Source of the DNA: an uncultured delta proteobacterium
GTDB lineage: Bacteria; Desulfobacterota; Desulfuromonadia; Desulfuromonadales; JACZKF01
Assembly (NCBI GenBank): GCA_963816395.1
Contig: CAWFKQ010000015.1
Location: 1-64,000 of the forward strand
DNA: 64,000 nucleotides
Direction of reading: 5' to 3'
The notes under the pieces are model-generated. The model had not been told where the DNA came from, made no database searches, and saw nothing but the letters and a program-made list of their open reading frames with translations. Shown piece after piece: positions 31,610 to 42,666 of the stretch (the stretch's first letter is position 1; every line of letters begins with the position of its first letter). A program made the position numbers and the translations under genes.

Positions 31610-32750
31610 ATGAACGGCAAACGCTTTCCCCTGTTTCCGGCTGTTCGGTTTTTCGGTGAGCATCGACGCCAGCTGGTTCTTCATCGCCATCCTTGTCACC
31701 TGGTCGCTGGCGGTGGGCTTCTTCCCCTCCCGCAATCCCCAACTGCCGGTGTATGCCTATTGGGTGATGGGGGTGATCGGCGCTCTGGGCCTGTTTGCTT
31801 CCATCATCTACCACGAATTCTGTCATTCGCTGGTGGCTCGCCGCTACGGGCTGCCGATGCGGGGAATCACTCTGTTCCTGTTCGGCGGCGTCGCGGAAAT
31901 GGCCGAGGAGCCGGCGGATGCCCGGACCGAGTTCCTGATGGCGGCGGCGGGGCCCGCCTCGAGCGTCGTTCTCGGCGGCTTGTTTTATCTCATCTATCGC
32001 GGGGGCGCCGCTGCCGACTGGCCGGCGGCGGTGCTGGCGGTGATCGGCTATCTGGCCTTCATCAACTGGATTCTGGCCGGTTTCAACCTGCTGCCCGCCT
32101 TCCCCCTGGACGGCGGGCGCATGCTGCGCGCCGGCCTCTGGCGCTGGCAGGGGGATCTGCGGCGGGCCACCCGCTGGGCCTCGCAGATCGGCTCCGGGTT
32201 CGCCATTGCCCTGATGGCCCTGGGGGCGGTGAGCGCCTTTTCCGGCAATCCGGTCGGCGGCCTGTGGTACATCGTCATCGGCCTGTTTCTGCGCCAGGCG
32301 GCCCAGACATCCTATACCCAGGTCCTCGCCCGCGAATCGCTGGGGGACGAAAAAATACGGGACCGGATGAGCCGCGAGCCGGTGTCCGTCCCGCCGGCGA
32401 TTACCATCCGGGAACTGGTAGAGCATTACGTCTACCGTTACCACTTCAAGTTTTTCCCCATCGTGGAGGACGGCAAGCTGGTCGGCTGCATTTCAACCCG
32501 GCGGATCAAGGAAGTACCCCGAGAGGAATGGGACCGGCAGACAGTCGGCGCGGCGGCCGAACCGTGCTCGCCGGAGAGCGTGGTGAGCCCCGACGCCGAA
32601 GTGCGGGAGGCGTTGACAGTCATGAACCGCACCGGCAGAAGCCGGCTGATGGTGGTGGAGAACGGCTATCTGGTGGGCATCATCGCCCTCAAGGACGTCA
32701 TGCAAATGCTGGCGCTGCGCATGGAGCTGGAGAAAAACGACGGCAGCTGA
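31610..32750 (+). CDS. Site-2 protease (M50) with two CBS domains, frameshift near the start
   Basis: HEFCH, FNLLPAFPLDGG, C-terminal CBS pair. Confidence 0.9.
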
Positions 32751-32784
32751 ATGGGAGCGGGCGTGGTAGAGAAGAAAGAGACTC

Positions 32785-34029
32785 TCAGCCGCCGAAGAAG
32801 TCCCGGCGCACCAGGTCGAGCATGGTGCGTGCCGGGTCAAGCTCGGGGTTGATCTCCAGGGCTTTTTGGCAGTCGCTCAGCGCCCGGTCGGGAAAGGACA
32901 GGGTGAGCCAGGTCTGAGCCCGGCCGAGCAGGGCATCGGTAAAAGAGGGATCAATGTGCAGGGCGCGATTGAAGTCCTCCAGGGATTGGGTATGGCGTTT
33001 CTGCGCCCGATAGACTAGGCCGCGGTTGCAGAGCGCCCGCAAGTACTCGCCGTCGTATTCGATGGCCCGGGTGAAGTCCCGAAGGGCCTCCCGGGGGCGG
33101 CCGAGGGCGAAAAGGGCCATGCCCCGGTGGTTGTAGATGAGGGCACGATTTTGCGGGCTCAGACGCATGCCGAGAATTTGCGAGTAGAGTTCGATGGCCT
33201 GGTCAAAGCGATTGTGGCTGTGGGCCGACAGCGCCTCGACCATGGCTTTTTCCAGAGGGCTGCGGTGCATCGCCGCGCTCGGCTCCTCCTCCGCCTCAGC
33301 CTCCGGTCTTGTCTCCCCCGCCGGGGGCCAGGGAAATCCGGGGAGTTCGAGAGCCTTCTCCAGGGCGGTTCGTCGCTTCTTGTCCAGGGCAAGGACCCCT
33401 TTCTGGTAATCACGGATTTCCTGGAAGGTGAGATCGGAGAGGGTGAGGGTGGCGTTGAGGGCGGCGAGCTTGCGGCGGATCGATTCGTTGGGCCAGGAGA
33501 GCTTCGATTTGTATACCAGCTCATGCTCGACCTCGGCCCAGGCATCCTGGAGGATGGTGCGAAGCTGGATTTCGCAGACCCTCCGAGCGTGGGGGAGCGC
33601 CAACTCCTTCTCCGGTTTTTCCAGCCGCACCAGCAGGTGGACCGAGTCGTAGCCGAATTCGCGGAAGGAGTGGACCGCCGCCTTGCGCACCGTCTCCAGA
33701 ACCTCAAAGTGGCTTCCGATCAGCCCTTCGACCGTTTCCACGTCCTCGAGAAAGGGGCAGATGATGCGCAGCCCGAGGAGGTCGGTAATGGCGGGGGCGC
33801 CTTTCCTTTTCCTGGCGCTGCGCATCAGCTTCTCGTAATAGGCCTCGAAGCGCTTGACCCGGTATTTGATGGTGGGCGTGAATCCGTGCTGTTCCAGCAG
33901 CAGGCGGATCCCGCGGTAAATTCCCTGCAGCTCCTCCTCCAGCTGCGGGCGCAGGGCCAGATAGAGTCCCTGCGTACGGGCGCGATCGGGCGGCTGGTAG
34001 GCTTTTTCGCTGGTCTTTTTCTTCGGCAT
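32785..34029 (-). CDS. RelA/SpoT (small alarmone synthetase-like) domain fused to TPR repeats
   Basis: RVK, DLLGLRII, GYDSVH, EIQLRTILQDAWAEVEH; TPR tail. Confidence 0.85.
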   Translation of the reverse strand: MPKKKTSEKAYQPPDRARTQGLYLALRPQLEEELQGIYRGIRLLLEQHGFTPTIKYRVKRFEAYYEKLMRSARKRKGAPAITDLLGLRIICPFLEDVETVEGLIGSHFEVLETVRKAAVHSFREFGYDSVHLLVRLEKPEKELALPHARRVCEIQLRTILQDAWAEVEHELVYKSKLSWPNESIRRKLAALNATLTLSDLTFQEIRDYQKGVLALDKKRRTALEKALELPGFPWPPAGETRPEAEAEEEPSAAMHRSPLEKAMVEALSAHSHNRFDQAIELYSQILGMRLSPQNRALIYNHRGMALFALGRPREALRDFTRAIEYDGEYLRALCNRGLVYRAQKRHTQSLEDFNRALHIDPSFTDALLGRAQTWLTLSFPDRALSDCQKALEINPELDPARTMLDLVRRDFFGG

Positions 34030-34141
34030 ATCCGACTCGTCAAATGCTTAGTCTGACCGGCCCCTTTTTACCCTGAGCAATAAAGCAGCTACTTTCCCTC
34101 AGAAGGTCCATGAAAAAGCCGGTGTCGATCCCCGGTCATTA

Positions 34142-36930
34142 TCAGTGCTTTGCTATGATGTCCTGCAGCTGTGCAGGCTGAAAGGCCACATCCCAGCACC
34201 AGACCCCAAAGCCTCCCTTGCTGTTTACCGCACTCACCCAGGTGTCGAGTGCCGCCCGTTTGGCCCGGTTCTGCTCAGAGTCTTCGCCCTTGATTTCGAG
34301 GACCAGGGTTTTGCCGCTGTTCAGGCGGATCAGGAAATCGGGGATGAACCGCCGCCGAGAGCCGTTCCAGAGATAATAAACCTGGAAGCCGAGATGATCG
34401 TTTTTGGCGAAGGACGCCACCTGATGACTGGTTTCCAGCAGATTGGCCGTGTATTGCTCCCAACTGCTGTCGGCGACCATGTGGCTGATCTGGGATTTGC
34501 GGGTCGGGTGGCATGGTTTTGTGGTGTACCAGGTACGCATGGCCGCGGTAGTGCCGATGGGCGATTCTTCATCATAAACGGGCTCAAGACGTTCGCTGCT
34601 CTGCTCGTTGACGAAACGGAGCAGGTGCTGCACGATCAAGTCGATGTTGAGTCCGAGGAGAATGCGTCGGCGTAGCGGCTCCTGGTGAAACAGGGAAGGG
34701 ATGTGCAGTCGGTCGGAGGCGAAGAATTCTTCCGCTAAACGAATGAGCTGAAACACCAGATATTCCTGGCCGCCGTGAAAGCCACCTTTCATGGTGGCAA
34801 AGGCCTTTCGCGCCGCCTGAAAAGTCAGCCGTTGCAGCCGGAAACCTTCTGGCAGTTTTTCCAGGTCAATGACTTTGACTTTGCTGAGATCAGCGGCGCC
34901 CCCGAGAGCCGGCGCCAGTTCGGCGGCTATCGCGGTCAGTGCGGGGTCCAGGGCCAGCGGTTCAACCCGCTCCCAATCGACGGTCAGCATCGGCTTGACC
35001 ACCGTGTCTATGCGCAGCACGTTGGGCCAGCGAATTTCCAGTGAGGCGCGCTCCTGCAGGGATTCGATCTGGGTGCTCGGTTTCGGCGGGGGTGGCGGCT
35101 CGCCCCCTTCACCCACGTCCTGGAAGATGGAAAGAGGCACCCCGAAGATGTTGACGTATTCCGGCAAAAACCGACCGTTCCCATCGGTTTCGTAGGCCAC
35201 CCGGCGCAGGCCCCGGCCGATGACCTGTTCGCAGAGCAACTGGCTGGTGAAGGCCCGCAGTCCCATGATGTGGGTAACGTTCTTGGCGTCCCACCCCTCG
35301 GAGAGCATGGCCACCGAGATGACTTTCTGCAGATCCTGCCCGGCTCTTCCGCGTTTCCCCACGTTATCGACGATCTCCCGCAGAAGTTCCTCTTTCTTCA
35401 GGCTGCGAAGCCGCTCTTTGCGGGTTTCCGGGATGCCGGCTGCCTCGACAATCGCCTGGAGGGTCGTTTCGTAATCCCTGTCGCTCCCGGCCGTCTCCCC
35501 GATTTCCGCCTTTTCCAGCACCTTCGAGTCGACTCGCAGGGTGCGCTCGGGCACATGCAGTTCCGGCCAGAGCCCATCGCCATGCCGGAAATAATGTTCA
35601 ATGCGTGCTGCCGTCTCGGTGCGGTTGCAGACCGTCAGCATCACCGGCGGCGAGGTATGGCCCGCTTCCCGCCACTGCTGCAGGGTTTCGCGCCAGTCCG
35701 CCCCGAGCAGGGCGTAGGCATCCTGCACCAGCTTGGGCAACGGTTCATGGGGTTGCGCCTTGCGGTTGAAGTCTTCGGCGACCTCGGCTTCGCGATAGAT
35801 ATGATAAAGCTTCGAGCGGTAATCCCGGGTGTTCGGCAGGGCATTATCGCGGATGACCACCCGCGGGGTCTTGACCAGGCCGCCCTCGATGGCGTCGTTC
35901 AGACCGAAGTCCGAGACGATCCAGCCGAAGAGCCCGGCTTCCGTACTCGCCTTGCCGGTCGGGGCGAAGGGGGTGGCCGAGAGGTCGAAGCAGCGCTGGA
36001 TGCGCCGGGTCTTGTGGATGCGGTCGAGCCCTTCGATCCAGCGGGTGGCCTCATCCAGATCGAGACCCTGCTCGGCCGCCTGTTTCTTGCTGATTTTTAC
36101 TTCCGCCGGGATGCGGTAGGCGTGATGCGCTTCATCATTGATGACGAGAAGATCTTTGTAGCCGGCCAGCTTGCCCAGGACCCGGCGGGTGAAGGCTTCG
36201 TCGCTCTCCGCCCCTTTTTTAACCACAGAGCGTTCGGTTTGCTTGAGGGGCATCAGCGCGTGCCAGTTTTCGATCAGCAGTTCGACCCGGTTGAGCTTCT
36301 GGCGCATGATCTCGGACGGGCAGAGTCCGAAGACATCGTAAAAATTGTCCGATTCTCCGGGATAGAGAACGCGCAGCCGCTCCTTGACAGTGATTCCCGG
36401 GGCGACGATGAAAACGGCGCGGGAGAAATCCCGGTTGCGCTTCGGATAGGTCAGTGCGTTGAGTACCTGCCAGGTGATGATCATGGCCATCACCGTCGTC
36501 TTGCCGGTCCCGGTGGCCATCTTGTTGCACAGGCGTTGCCACTCCCCGCCGTCGCCGGGGATGTGAATCCCCTGCTGGTGCTCCGGCGAGGCTTCGACCC
36601 ACCAGATCAGCGTCTCGATAGCCTCAAGCTGGCAGAAGTAGAAAGGATATTGCCGGGCGCTGCGGTCGTGCCAGTGCTCAAGCAAGCGCCGGGTAACGCT
36701 GGTGATGCCGGGATAATCGGCCGCCCGCCAGGCATCGACCCGCTCGCGGATACGATTGACCAGCTCCAGCGGCTCAATCCGCTTGGTGTTGTAGCGAATG
36801 TCGATGATTTCATAGCCCGCGGGGCGGCGGTCCTCGCACCAGTGCAAGCGAGCCGTCGCGCGGCCTGCTGCCAGTGCTGGCGGGGGACCTCGTAGGGAGT
36901 GTTGATGATGAGGGAAGAAGGTGCGGTCAT
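34142..36930 (-). CDS. res: Type III restriction endonuclease Res subunit; indels in the 5' part
   Basis: KMATGTGKT, NDEAHH, LSATP, SVAMLSEGWD, EQVIGRGLR, FIPDF...LEIKG; start MTAPSSLIINTPY at 36930. Confidence 0.9.
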
Positions 36931-37406
36931 GGCAGCGTAAAAGTTGTCCCATGAAGAGTGATACTTCCTGGGCTGCTCGTCTATATGCCGGTGATGTTGT
37001 TGGCGCGATGGACATTTTTGGTGCCAAGCCACACAAATCTGAAATTTTCAGGGCTGGCAAGGGTAAGCGCCCAGAGATCCGGCGCATGTTGGCGAAGATA
37101 GTCCTTAAGCCACCTCACCTTCCTTCGAGGTTGCCGACCTCCTTATCCTTGGCCCATGCACCTCAATCCAGATGGCGCATTCCTGCCGTTCGCCGGTAGA
37201 AAACCAAGACCATAGTCCCACCGGTTTGCCGTGGCAAATTCTCGTAGCCGGGCAATGCCCCATCGAGGTCAATACTGCCGGTGACATTTTCCGCCTCTTC
37301 TGGCACTCGAAACCTTTCTCGAAAAAGCACCGAGCGCTCTGAAGACCGGGCTGGTAGGCCTCATTTATGGGTGGAGCAGCGGATTCGACAGCTTCTTAAA
37401 CGTCAT
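36927..37406 (-). CDS. Hypothetical protein, possibly PD-(D/E)xK-like; heavily frameshifted
   Basis: Stitched manual translation MTFK..AVESA...GSIDLDGAL...NRWDYGLG...IWIEVH...WLKDYL...FVWLGT; GGAGG SD; ATGA overlap with res. Confidence 0.5.
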
Positions 37407-37433
37407 TCTTACCCTCCGGACTTCCATTCAATA

Positions 37434-38625
37434 TCATTTCTTTGCAGTCATTTGCCGCTTCTCTTCCTGGGTCTCGAAGCGATTTGCAACCCGGGCAACG
37501 AATCTCCGACCCGCCCTGAAAATTCAGTGAGGCCCCCCATCCAGCTTCGGCTTTGTTCTCGGCACCCGGATCAAGGTTAGAGATGTCCCTGACCTCGCCA
37601 GTCCGTCCGAAGAAATAGACATTGTAGTTCTTCTTCAAACCAGCTTCAGCTAAATACTGGGTCCCGGCATCAGACCTGATTTCGAAAATATTGAGGACAT
37701 CCTTGACCGACCCTTTCTTTGCTTTTAGGAACTGCAAGGCCCAGACGACATCCAGACACGTGAGGCGAGTGCGTCGACAGGCAGACCCGATACCCTCGTG
37801 ACAGCAGATCGAGAACCATCACGAATGACCGCCGAAATGGCATTTGGATGCAGATCCCATTTCAGGCTCTTCTATGACGACCCAGTTCAGGCTTGTTACG
37901 GGTGGGTGTGGCGATAGCGGCATCAGCCAGTAAAAACCGAGAAGCAGGGGGACAAATTCTCGTGTCCTGCTGACAAGACCAGATAAGGCAATCCTTTTTC
38001 CTGGCCCGGGTTTGCTCAGAGACGAACTGCTTCTGGAGCTTTTCAGATGAGGTTTTCAGGCCGAAACTACCGAAAATGTTCTTGCACAAGGAGCATCTCG
38101 CTCTTCCTTCTTGAGTCTTTTCTCCTGAGGGAACAGTTCTGGATTGCGCCCGAACTCGTTTTGCAACAAGTTGATGGAGTTTTTCGCTGAACTCACGGAG
38201 AACGAAGGGATCGCCCGAACGGTAGACGCTGAATGGCTGGGTCAGACCCATCACGAAGACTCATGACCCGCTGCGCGGGATGAAAAAGAGTCTCTCGTCT
38301 TTTTCTTCCTCTTCAGACTTTTTGGCATAGATATCCAGATTGATTACCTTGCCGTCCACCTTGAGCAGGCTTGAGCCCTCCTGCCAGATGTCGGACATAC
38401 CCTCGCCGAAGTAGAGCTCCAGCAGATGTTCAAGGTTGCCTTCCCAATCGATACCGAAACGCTTGAATTCGCTCTGGATGGAAGGCGCATCGACGACCAG
38501 CTTCAGCAACTGCAGAAAGATGCTTTTGCCTGTTGCTTGTGGTCCGACAAAAACGGTCAGATCACCAAATTGAACGTTGGCATTCTCGATCTGACCGAAG
38601 TTGTTGACTCAATGCGCTCGGGTGT
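37434..38625 (-). CDS. ABC/AAA_21-type ATPase; heavily frameshifted
   Basis: NFGQIENANVQFGDLTVFVGPQATGKS (Walker A), SAG-like signature, VVIEEPEMG.HP (Walker B/D-loop), STHSP (H-loop). Confidence 0.75.
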
Positions 38626-41600
38626 AATAGCCCCTCCAACGGAATGATCTTTAGACTCTCGATCCCGCGGATCGACGATCTTGACAGCGACTTTCTGGTT
38701 GTCGCCCGGCTCGAAGGGAAGGGAGACGGTGCCGCGGCAACGGTTGAGCAGGTCCTCGTTCAGTTCGGCTCGGATGTCTTTCTTCAGCTTGTACCACCCC
38801 TCCTTGCCTCCGGTGAGGGGGAAGAAGACCTGGCGGGGGAAGAGGGAGCGTTCGTCGTAGTCGGTGTCGAGCAGCCACATGGCAATTTCTCGTGCCGCCG
38901 GAAACCAGTTCCCCTTTTGAGGTGTCGAAGTAATCGAAGCCGTTGACTTCCACTTTGTGGATAGTTTTGAGTTGTAAGTTTTCAGTTTTTAGTTGGGCAA
39001 AGGGATAGTTCAAGGTTTGAGCGATTTTTGCAAACCGGCGAGGAGTTTCTGAATTTCTTCGCAGCAATTCAACAGTTTTTCGGAAATCTGAGAGTCCAGG
39101 TAGGCCAGCCTCTCGCAGAGAATGATCCATGTTTCCAGTTCCGCCAGTGAGCCCTTGGCTATTCCAAGAAACTGCCGGAACTCCCCCGGGTTGTTTCTGG
39201 CTTGCCCCTCCGCGATATTCGCCGGAATGGAAGTCCCAGCCCTGCGTATCTGCGAGGTAATTCATACATCTCTTCCTTGGGAAAGGAGCGCGTACAGGAA
39301 TAAATCATCTCCGCTAATTCCATGGATCTTTTCCAGACGATCAAGTCCCGATAATTCCTGGAACTAGCCATAAGAACAAACCTCATCCATTGCTTAAGAC
39401 TAAAAACTGATAACTAAAAACTGAAACATCGGGCTGGCCCATGAGCCAGAAGCTCTGGTTGCTGGCGCGCTCCTTTTTCAGGTCCTCGGTGAGCAGGTCG
39501 GTGTTCATCTGCGCCTTGAGGGCGACGATCCCCTTGAGCTGGTCGATGTCCTTGGCCGCCTCGGGATCGAAGGTGAAGGCGCAGAACACGATCATCTTCG
39601 GCAGCGGAAAGAGCTCGCTCGCTTCGCGCAGCGCATGCTCAACTTGGCGCTGCTCCAGCGCCGCATGCTCTGGCCCGAAGCTCACGACCGCCCGCTCGCC
39701 CGTATCAGAGATTGCCGCTCGCGTGCAGATAGCGCGTACCAGGGAGCGTTTCCAACTGGCGAATTGCAGCATCTGCCCGCCCTTGCCGCGAATGCCGGTT
39801 TTAGCAGCTCGTTGCGCTACTGGTGCTGGCGGGACGATTCCCCGAGCGGGCGATGGCGACGTCGGTTTCTTTAACCTGCTGGCTTCATCGAGGGCGAGGA
39901 CGGTGGGGAAGGGGACTGCTTCACGGTGAACGGCTCGGTGATGCGCAGCTTCTTCTTGTTCGGCTGGGGCTGGTCGTAGAGGATTTCCTGATCGGCATGG
40001 GCGGCGATGGAGTCGGTTCATCTGCGCTTGCATCGCTTGCTGGGCACGTGTGAAAGGCGTCGAAAGGCTTGCGGGCGGCTTCCGGCTAGTCGGCGGGGAA
40101 GTCAAGGGGACAGACCATTCCTTCAATCTCCTCTCACTCCGACTCTCTCCCACGAGGGGAGAGGGAGAAATCTTCGCGGCTGATTTTGCTCCTCTCCTTG
40201 ATGGGAGAGGGCTGGTGTGAGGGTGAAAGCGCTCTCCAGCTCCGCCGCTGTTCGATGCCCGGGTGCATCCGCTCGTAGATCTCGTCGATCTCCGGATTGT
40301 TGGCGATTGACTTGAGAGTGACGTGCGGGACGGTCTTGTAGATGAAGCCTCTCTTGAGCCCCTCGTGGGGGTATTTCAGCTCGTAATAGTCGAAACTGGC
40401 GGTCATCAGCCGCTGCTTGGCCAGAGTCACGCGACCCGCGAGGTGTCGCAGGTGATCCAGCGCCGGCCCCACTTCTCGGCGACGAAGGCGGTGGTTCCGG
40501 AGCCACAGGTGGGGTCGAGCACCAGATCGCCGGGGTCGGTGGTCATGAGGAGGCAGCGTTCGATGACTTTGATGACTAGTTTGAACTACGTAAGCTTGGA
40601 TTCAGTTTGAGTGCCTGTCCCGGTGTCTGTCCATGATGTTCAAGATAGAATAGCGGGGAAGTCATCAAAATATCGTCGGTATCGAATGTTCACAACCTGC
40701 GAGCCTCGGCTCCGAGTATGCTAAGTTGATTCAGTCTTTCAGTAGTTGACGTCGAGTCTTATTATGGTGGAAGTGAATATTTTGCCAGCAAATAGGGTCA
40801 GTGAGACATGTCTGATGAAGTCTATGTTTCCAATCAAACAAGCTAGCCTTCGTTTGTAAATAGTGACCTTTCTTCTGTCGATTTTTTCTCTCTAGCGCAA
40901 CTTTGTCTGCCGAATCTCCAGTTTTAAATGTCATATACGCCGAAAGATCTGTCGAAACATTTAAAATCCTTTTCGATTAGAAGTTGTTGCCTATATTTCA
41001 ATTTTTCTTTGATTTTCCATACCATAGAATGAAATCACATTCGGTAGGCAGGAACTCGTAGCTGGCAAGATTGCTGTTTTTTTGAAAGAGATTAGGCGAT
41101 ACGAAATTTTAAGTTCCAAATACCTCATCCATCAACTCTCGCACATGGTGTAGATTCTCATCCGAAATCTGCACAAACACACTCCCCGACTCGCTCAGCA
41201 ATTCTTTCGCCAGCAGCAGGCGGTCGCGCAGGTAGGTCAGATACGAATGAATCCCCAGTTCCCAGGTATCGCGGAAGGCTTTGATCATCTCCGGTTCCTG
41301 GGTCAGGTCCTCGTCCTTGCGGTCCTTGACGTCGCGCTTGCCGACGAAGGGCTGGAAGTTGGAGCCGTACTTGATGCCGTAGGGCGGGTCGATGTAGATC
41401 ATCTGCACCTGCCCGGCCATCGACTTCCTTCTGCAGCAGCGAGTTCATCACCAGCAGCGAATCGCCCGCTACCATGCGGTTGGCCCAGCCGCGCTCGTGC
41501 TTGTAAAAATCGATGGCATCGCGCAGCGGCAGGCTTTCGAAGGGGGCTTCGAAAAGCCCGGCCTGCAGCATCGGCTTGACCTTGCCGGCGCGGCCTTCCG

Positions 41601-42299
41601 CATCTGCCGGCGCACGGCGGAGAGGATGCTCATCGGGTCGATGCGCTCGTGAACGTGCAGGGAAACGGTATCGACCTCGAAACTGGTGCGTTCGGCCTTG
41701 CCGGTCCAGTTCAGATAGGGGGACTGCAGGCGCTTCAGTTCGGCGAGAGCCAGCCGCATTGTCTCCGGATCGCCGCTGGCGAGGGCATCGTCAATGAGCT
41801 TTTCGATGGCAGCGCGGCCGCTGTCGAATTGCAGGGAGGGGGCGAGGTGGGGATCGAAGGCCCAGGCGGTCTGCGGCTGAGCCGGATCGGTGGCTTCGTT
41901 GACGACACCGACCTCGGGATTATTTTTCCGTCGGTCGAGGTGACGGTAAGAAAGAATGTTGGAGGCTTCGTCCCCCGATGTTGCGGTCTTGTTACGAGGA
42001 GCAGAGGGAGGCCTGGGCTTGACCGGCGCGGCGACTGCCTGCATATCGAGATCAAAACCGTGCTGTTTGGCGGCGCGGCGCACCGAACCGCCCCGGCCCT
42101 TGCCTTTTTCGAGGAGACCCTTTTTCACCAGTTCATCGCGCAGGACCTCGTACACCCCTCCCGGGGACTTGTATCCGGCCGCCGCAGCCGCGTACAGAAA
42201 CTGCTGGCACAAGGTCTGGTTGCCGACCATTGAGCCGTCAACTGGAACCAGGCCCAGCAGCAGTTCGGTCAGCGCAACTTGCTGATGCTGGATCATCAT
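38625..42299 (-). CDS. mod: Type III R-M DNA methyltransferase Mod; many indels and an internal inserted gene
   Basis: [78 protein letters not shown]. Confidence 0.88.
38960..38996 (-). repeat. 3' arm of the heptamer inverted repeat flanking the four-helix-bundle gene
   Basis: Minus strand CAACTAAAAACTGAAAACTTACAACTCAAAACTATC. Confidence 0.85.
39010..39371 (-). CDS. Four helix bundle protein (23S rRNA IVP / Avd-like), one-base frameshift near 39258
   Basis: [14 protein letters not shown]...[26 protein letters not shown]...[18 protein letters not shown]. Confidence 0.9.
39398..39430 (-). repeat. 5' arm of the heptamer inverted repeat
   Basis: Minus strand GATGTTTCAGTTTTTAGTTATCAGTTTTTAGT. 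Confidence 0.85.
40124..40230. repeat. CCCTCTCCC..GGGAGAGGG-type palindromic doublet inside mod
   Basis: ctctcactccgactctctcccacgagggggagaggg and ctctccttgatgggagagggctggtgtgagggtg; translates as [11 protein letters not shown]...[12 protein letters not shown]. Confidence 0.75.
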
Positions 42300-42504
42300 C
42301 GCCTCCTATTAATACACCTCTTAAAAGAGCCTTACTTTTCGCACATTTCCTAACGACAGTCAATGAATAGCGCAGACCAGACGCAGAAGGGGGCGTTCAC
42401 GTTAACTTGGATTCATCGGTGGGCATCCCGGATCGCGAGAGGGAAAAAAAGCATTCATCCGTTCGCCAGGAAGCCCAGTGCCGCAAGGCGAATGCCGCCG
42501 CAAG

Positions 42505-42555
42505 CACCCTTCGCTGAAGCTTCGGCTACCGAGGCTTTGGCGGTTGTCGGGTGCG
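42505..42555. repeat. Short palindromic intergenic repeat remnant
   Basis: gcacccttcgctgaagcttcggctaccgaggctttggcggttgtcgggtgc; outer gcaccc/gggtgc stem. Confidence 0.45.
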
Positions 42556-42666
42556 GCGGAAATCTGGCCTCTGGGGGGTTGATCGAAATTGGATAACATG
42601 GGAAAATATAAAAGGAAGAAGGCTCCGACGCGGGGGCCTGAGAAGACGAAAAGGAGGTGAGAAGAT

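Noticed and set aside
38651..39265. 204-aa ORF as a real gene
   Set aside because: Its N-terminal half is an alternate frame of the four-helix-bundle gene; only the KVEVNGFDY stretch is Mod-like
38960..39430. Diversity-generating retroelement suggested by the Avd-like gene
   Set aside because: No reverse transcriptase and no TR/VR pair seen in the window
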